Shown: positions 62,776 to 64,000 of the stretch, piece after piece
Numbering within the stretch: position 1 is the first letter of the stretch
How the letters are laid out: each line of letters starts with the position of its first letter
NCBI GenBank assembly: GCA_016183325.1
Contig: JACPEV010000008.1
Location: 472 to 64,471, forward strand
Direction of reading: 5' to 3'
DNA length: 64,000 nt
From: Candidatus Curtissbacteria bacterium
GTDB lineage: Bacteria > Patescibacteriota > Microgenomatia > Curtissbacterales > GWA2-41-24
The notes under the pieces: generated by a model
What the model was told of the DNA's origin: nothing
Database searches by the model: none
Seen by the model: only the letters and a program-made list of their open reading frames with translations
Made by a program: the position numbers and the translations under genes

Positions 62776-64000
62776 TTATTTTAATATAGAGATTTTTAAA
62801 CTTTCTGTATCAATGCTAACTTTTGGTCTTGCATTTTCATCATTTAATGTTAAGACATTTTGTTGTTTGCGAAGAGTCCACTTGTCTAGTGAGAAGAAAC
62901 TATTGTTTGCTGAATCTGATTTAAATACAGAGTTGAAATCTTTCAAAATTTTTGCATTTTTTAAATCGAGTAACCAGATTTTAGATTCGCCACAGAAGCT
63001 AGAAGGACCACATCCAGAGTCGATAACTACTCCTAATAGGCTCTCGGGGTCTATAAGCAAATTAATTGTTCCTTGGTTAATTGAATGTGGACTTCCTCCT
63101 TCAATATTTTTACCAAGTTTTATATAAAGTTCGGGAATATTTAAAGAGCTGTCTAATAAGTCTACAGTGGCATTGGTTAAAATGTATCTTTTGCCATTTA
63201 TTATGGGGGATAGAACCAGGTTGGCGCGCCCATCTAGTTGGTAGTTGCTTACTTCCCCAGATGGATTTGGCAGCGCTAATTGATTTAAGCCGTCTTGGTC
63301 AGTTTTGGTATAGTAAAAATATTGAGGAAATTGAGGTTTTAATAAATCCTCGCAATTAGTAACATATTTCACTTGCTGAGAAAATACTGTGCTCCATTGT
63401 TTAGCGGTGTAGTCATATTTCCTAATCAAACAATTATCTGTGGCTTGATCTCCTGCGTAAATACCTGCTTCGAACCCACCTTGTACTAGTTTAATACCTC
63501 CACGAAAGTCTAACCTTGTCTCTCCTTGCCCACCGATGGTTTCTTCAGACGTAAACTTTCTCCAAGTCTTGGCAGCTTTATCAAAAAGTGCCAAGCCTGT
63601 ATCCAATGAGTGGCCCCAAACATAGTCCTTATCAGGCAGTATTGAACCGAGCCCGAAACTAACCCCTATTTGAGATTCAGGATAAAATGATACCTCGTTT
63701 GTTTTACTATCAATTCTACCAATTCCTTTGAAAGTTTCTATCCAAACAGTGTCGCCATCTGCAACAAGTTCGTAATTATAACCATTCTGCAATCCATCTT
63801 CTTTTGAAAAAACATGTTCTACTTTATGCGTTAGAGGGTTGATTTTGAAAACTGCGTAATGCCCAGCGTATATTTTACCTTCTAGTTGTTCGGTGTGCCC
63901 AAAAGCATCTTCTATATTGTCTATGTGGCAGGGAACAAAAATGAAATTATTCACTAAGACTAGGTTACGATCACAATTTGCTTTAATAGGGTCACTATAG
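62776..64000 (-). CDS. hypothetical β-rich protein; 5' end runs off the window
   Basis: The open frame continues upstream of the annotated start (a GTG at 63954) to the window edge with no stop. Family not recognised. Confidence 0.4.
   Translation of the reverse strand, partial: YSDPIKANCDRNLVLVNNFIFVPCHIDNIEDAFGHTEQLEGKIYAGHYAVFKINPLTHKVEHVFSKEDGLQNGYNYELVADGDTVWIETFKGIGRIDSKTNEVSFYPESQIGVSFGLGSILPDKDYVWGHSLDTGLALFDKAAKTWRKFTSEETIGGQGETRLDFRGGIKLVQGGFEAGIYAGDQATDNCLIRKYDYTAKQWSTVFSQQVKYVTNCEDLLKPQFPQYFYYTKTDQDGLNQLALPNPSGEVSNYQLDGRANLVLSPIINGKRYILTNATVDLLDSSLNIPELYIKLGKNIEGGSPHSINQGTINLLIDPESLLGVVIDSGCGPSSFCGESKIWLLDLKNAKILKDFNSVFKSDSANNSFFSLDKWTLRKQQNVLTLNDENARPKVSIDTESLKISILK

Overview
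This is a gene-dense, low-GC window. Gene content suggests a reduced-genome bacterium of Patescibacteria/CPR type, but that placement is inference only. The window has three parts.
(1) 1-13.5 kb is an accessory patchwork. It holds the 3' end of a metallopeptidase gene, cutA, a PaaX/Cas2-fold regulator flanked by two copies of a 34-nt palindrome, DMT and MFS transporters and several small DUF proteins. It also carries three type II toxin-antitoxin pairs (hicBA, mntA/hepT, vapBC), ridA, a hydrolase and several repeat families. Two of those repeats are decayed direct copies of the ftsZ 3' end.
(2) 13.6-40.6 kb is a complete division/cell-wall cluster on the minus strand. The order is mraZ-rsmH-ftsL-ftsI-(small membrane gene)-[1.7 kb ORF-free island]-(SAM-I riboswitch)-metK-(hypothetical)-murE-(glmU N-domain::murC fusion)-murB-murA-ddl-murF-mraY-(PP-loop ATPase)-murD-ftsW-murG-ftsQ-ftsA-ftsZ, followed by a purF-like gene.
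(3) 40.7-51.1 kb is a roughly 10-kb island bracketed by decayed direct copies of the glyS 3' end. It encodes a 1,300-aa SF2 helicase fused to a class I SAM methyltransferase-like domain. It also encodes five repeat-rich proteins that all end in the same C-terminal peptide, ISPDEANEQL(R/K)RLLEE. Two near-identical leaderless promoters drive it. This is the best candidate for an undescribed system.
Three paralogous two-gene cassettes occur in the window, each a small partner protein translationally coupled to a retropepsin-like aspartic protease. Two of them sit exactly at the ftsZ-3' and glyS-3' junctions.
The rest of the window holds glyQS, recO, a RAYT transposase flanked by REP-like hairpins, a NUDIX hydrolase and a glycan-synthesis cluster. 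One glycosyltransferase in that cluster carries an in-frame GC-rich hairpin-element insertion.
No rRNA, tRNA or CRISPR array was found. All calls rest on reading the sequence and translations by eye. No database search was run.
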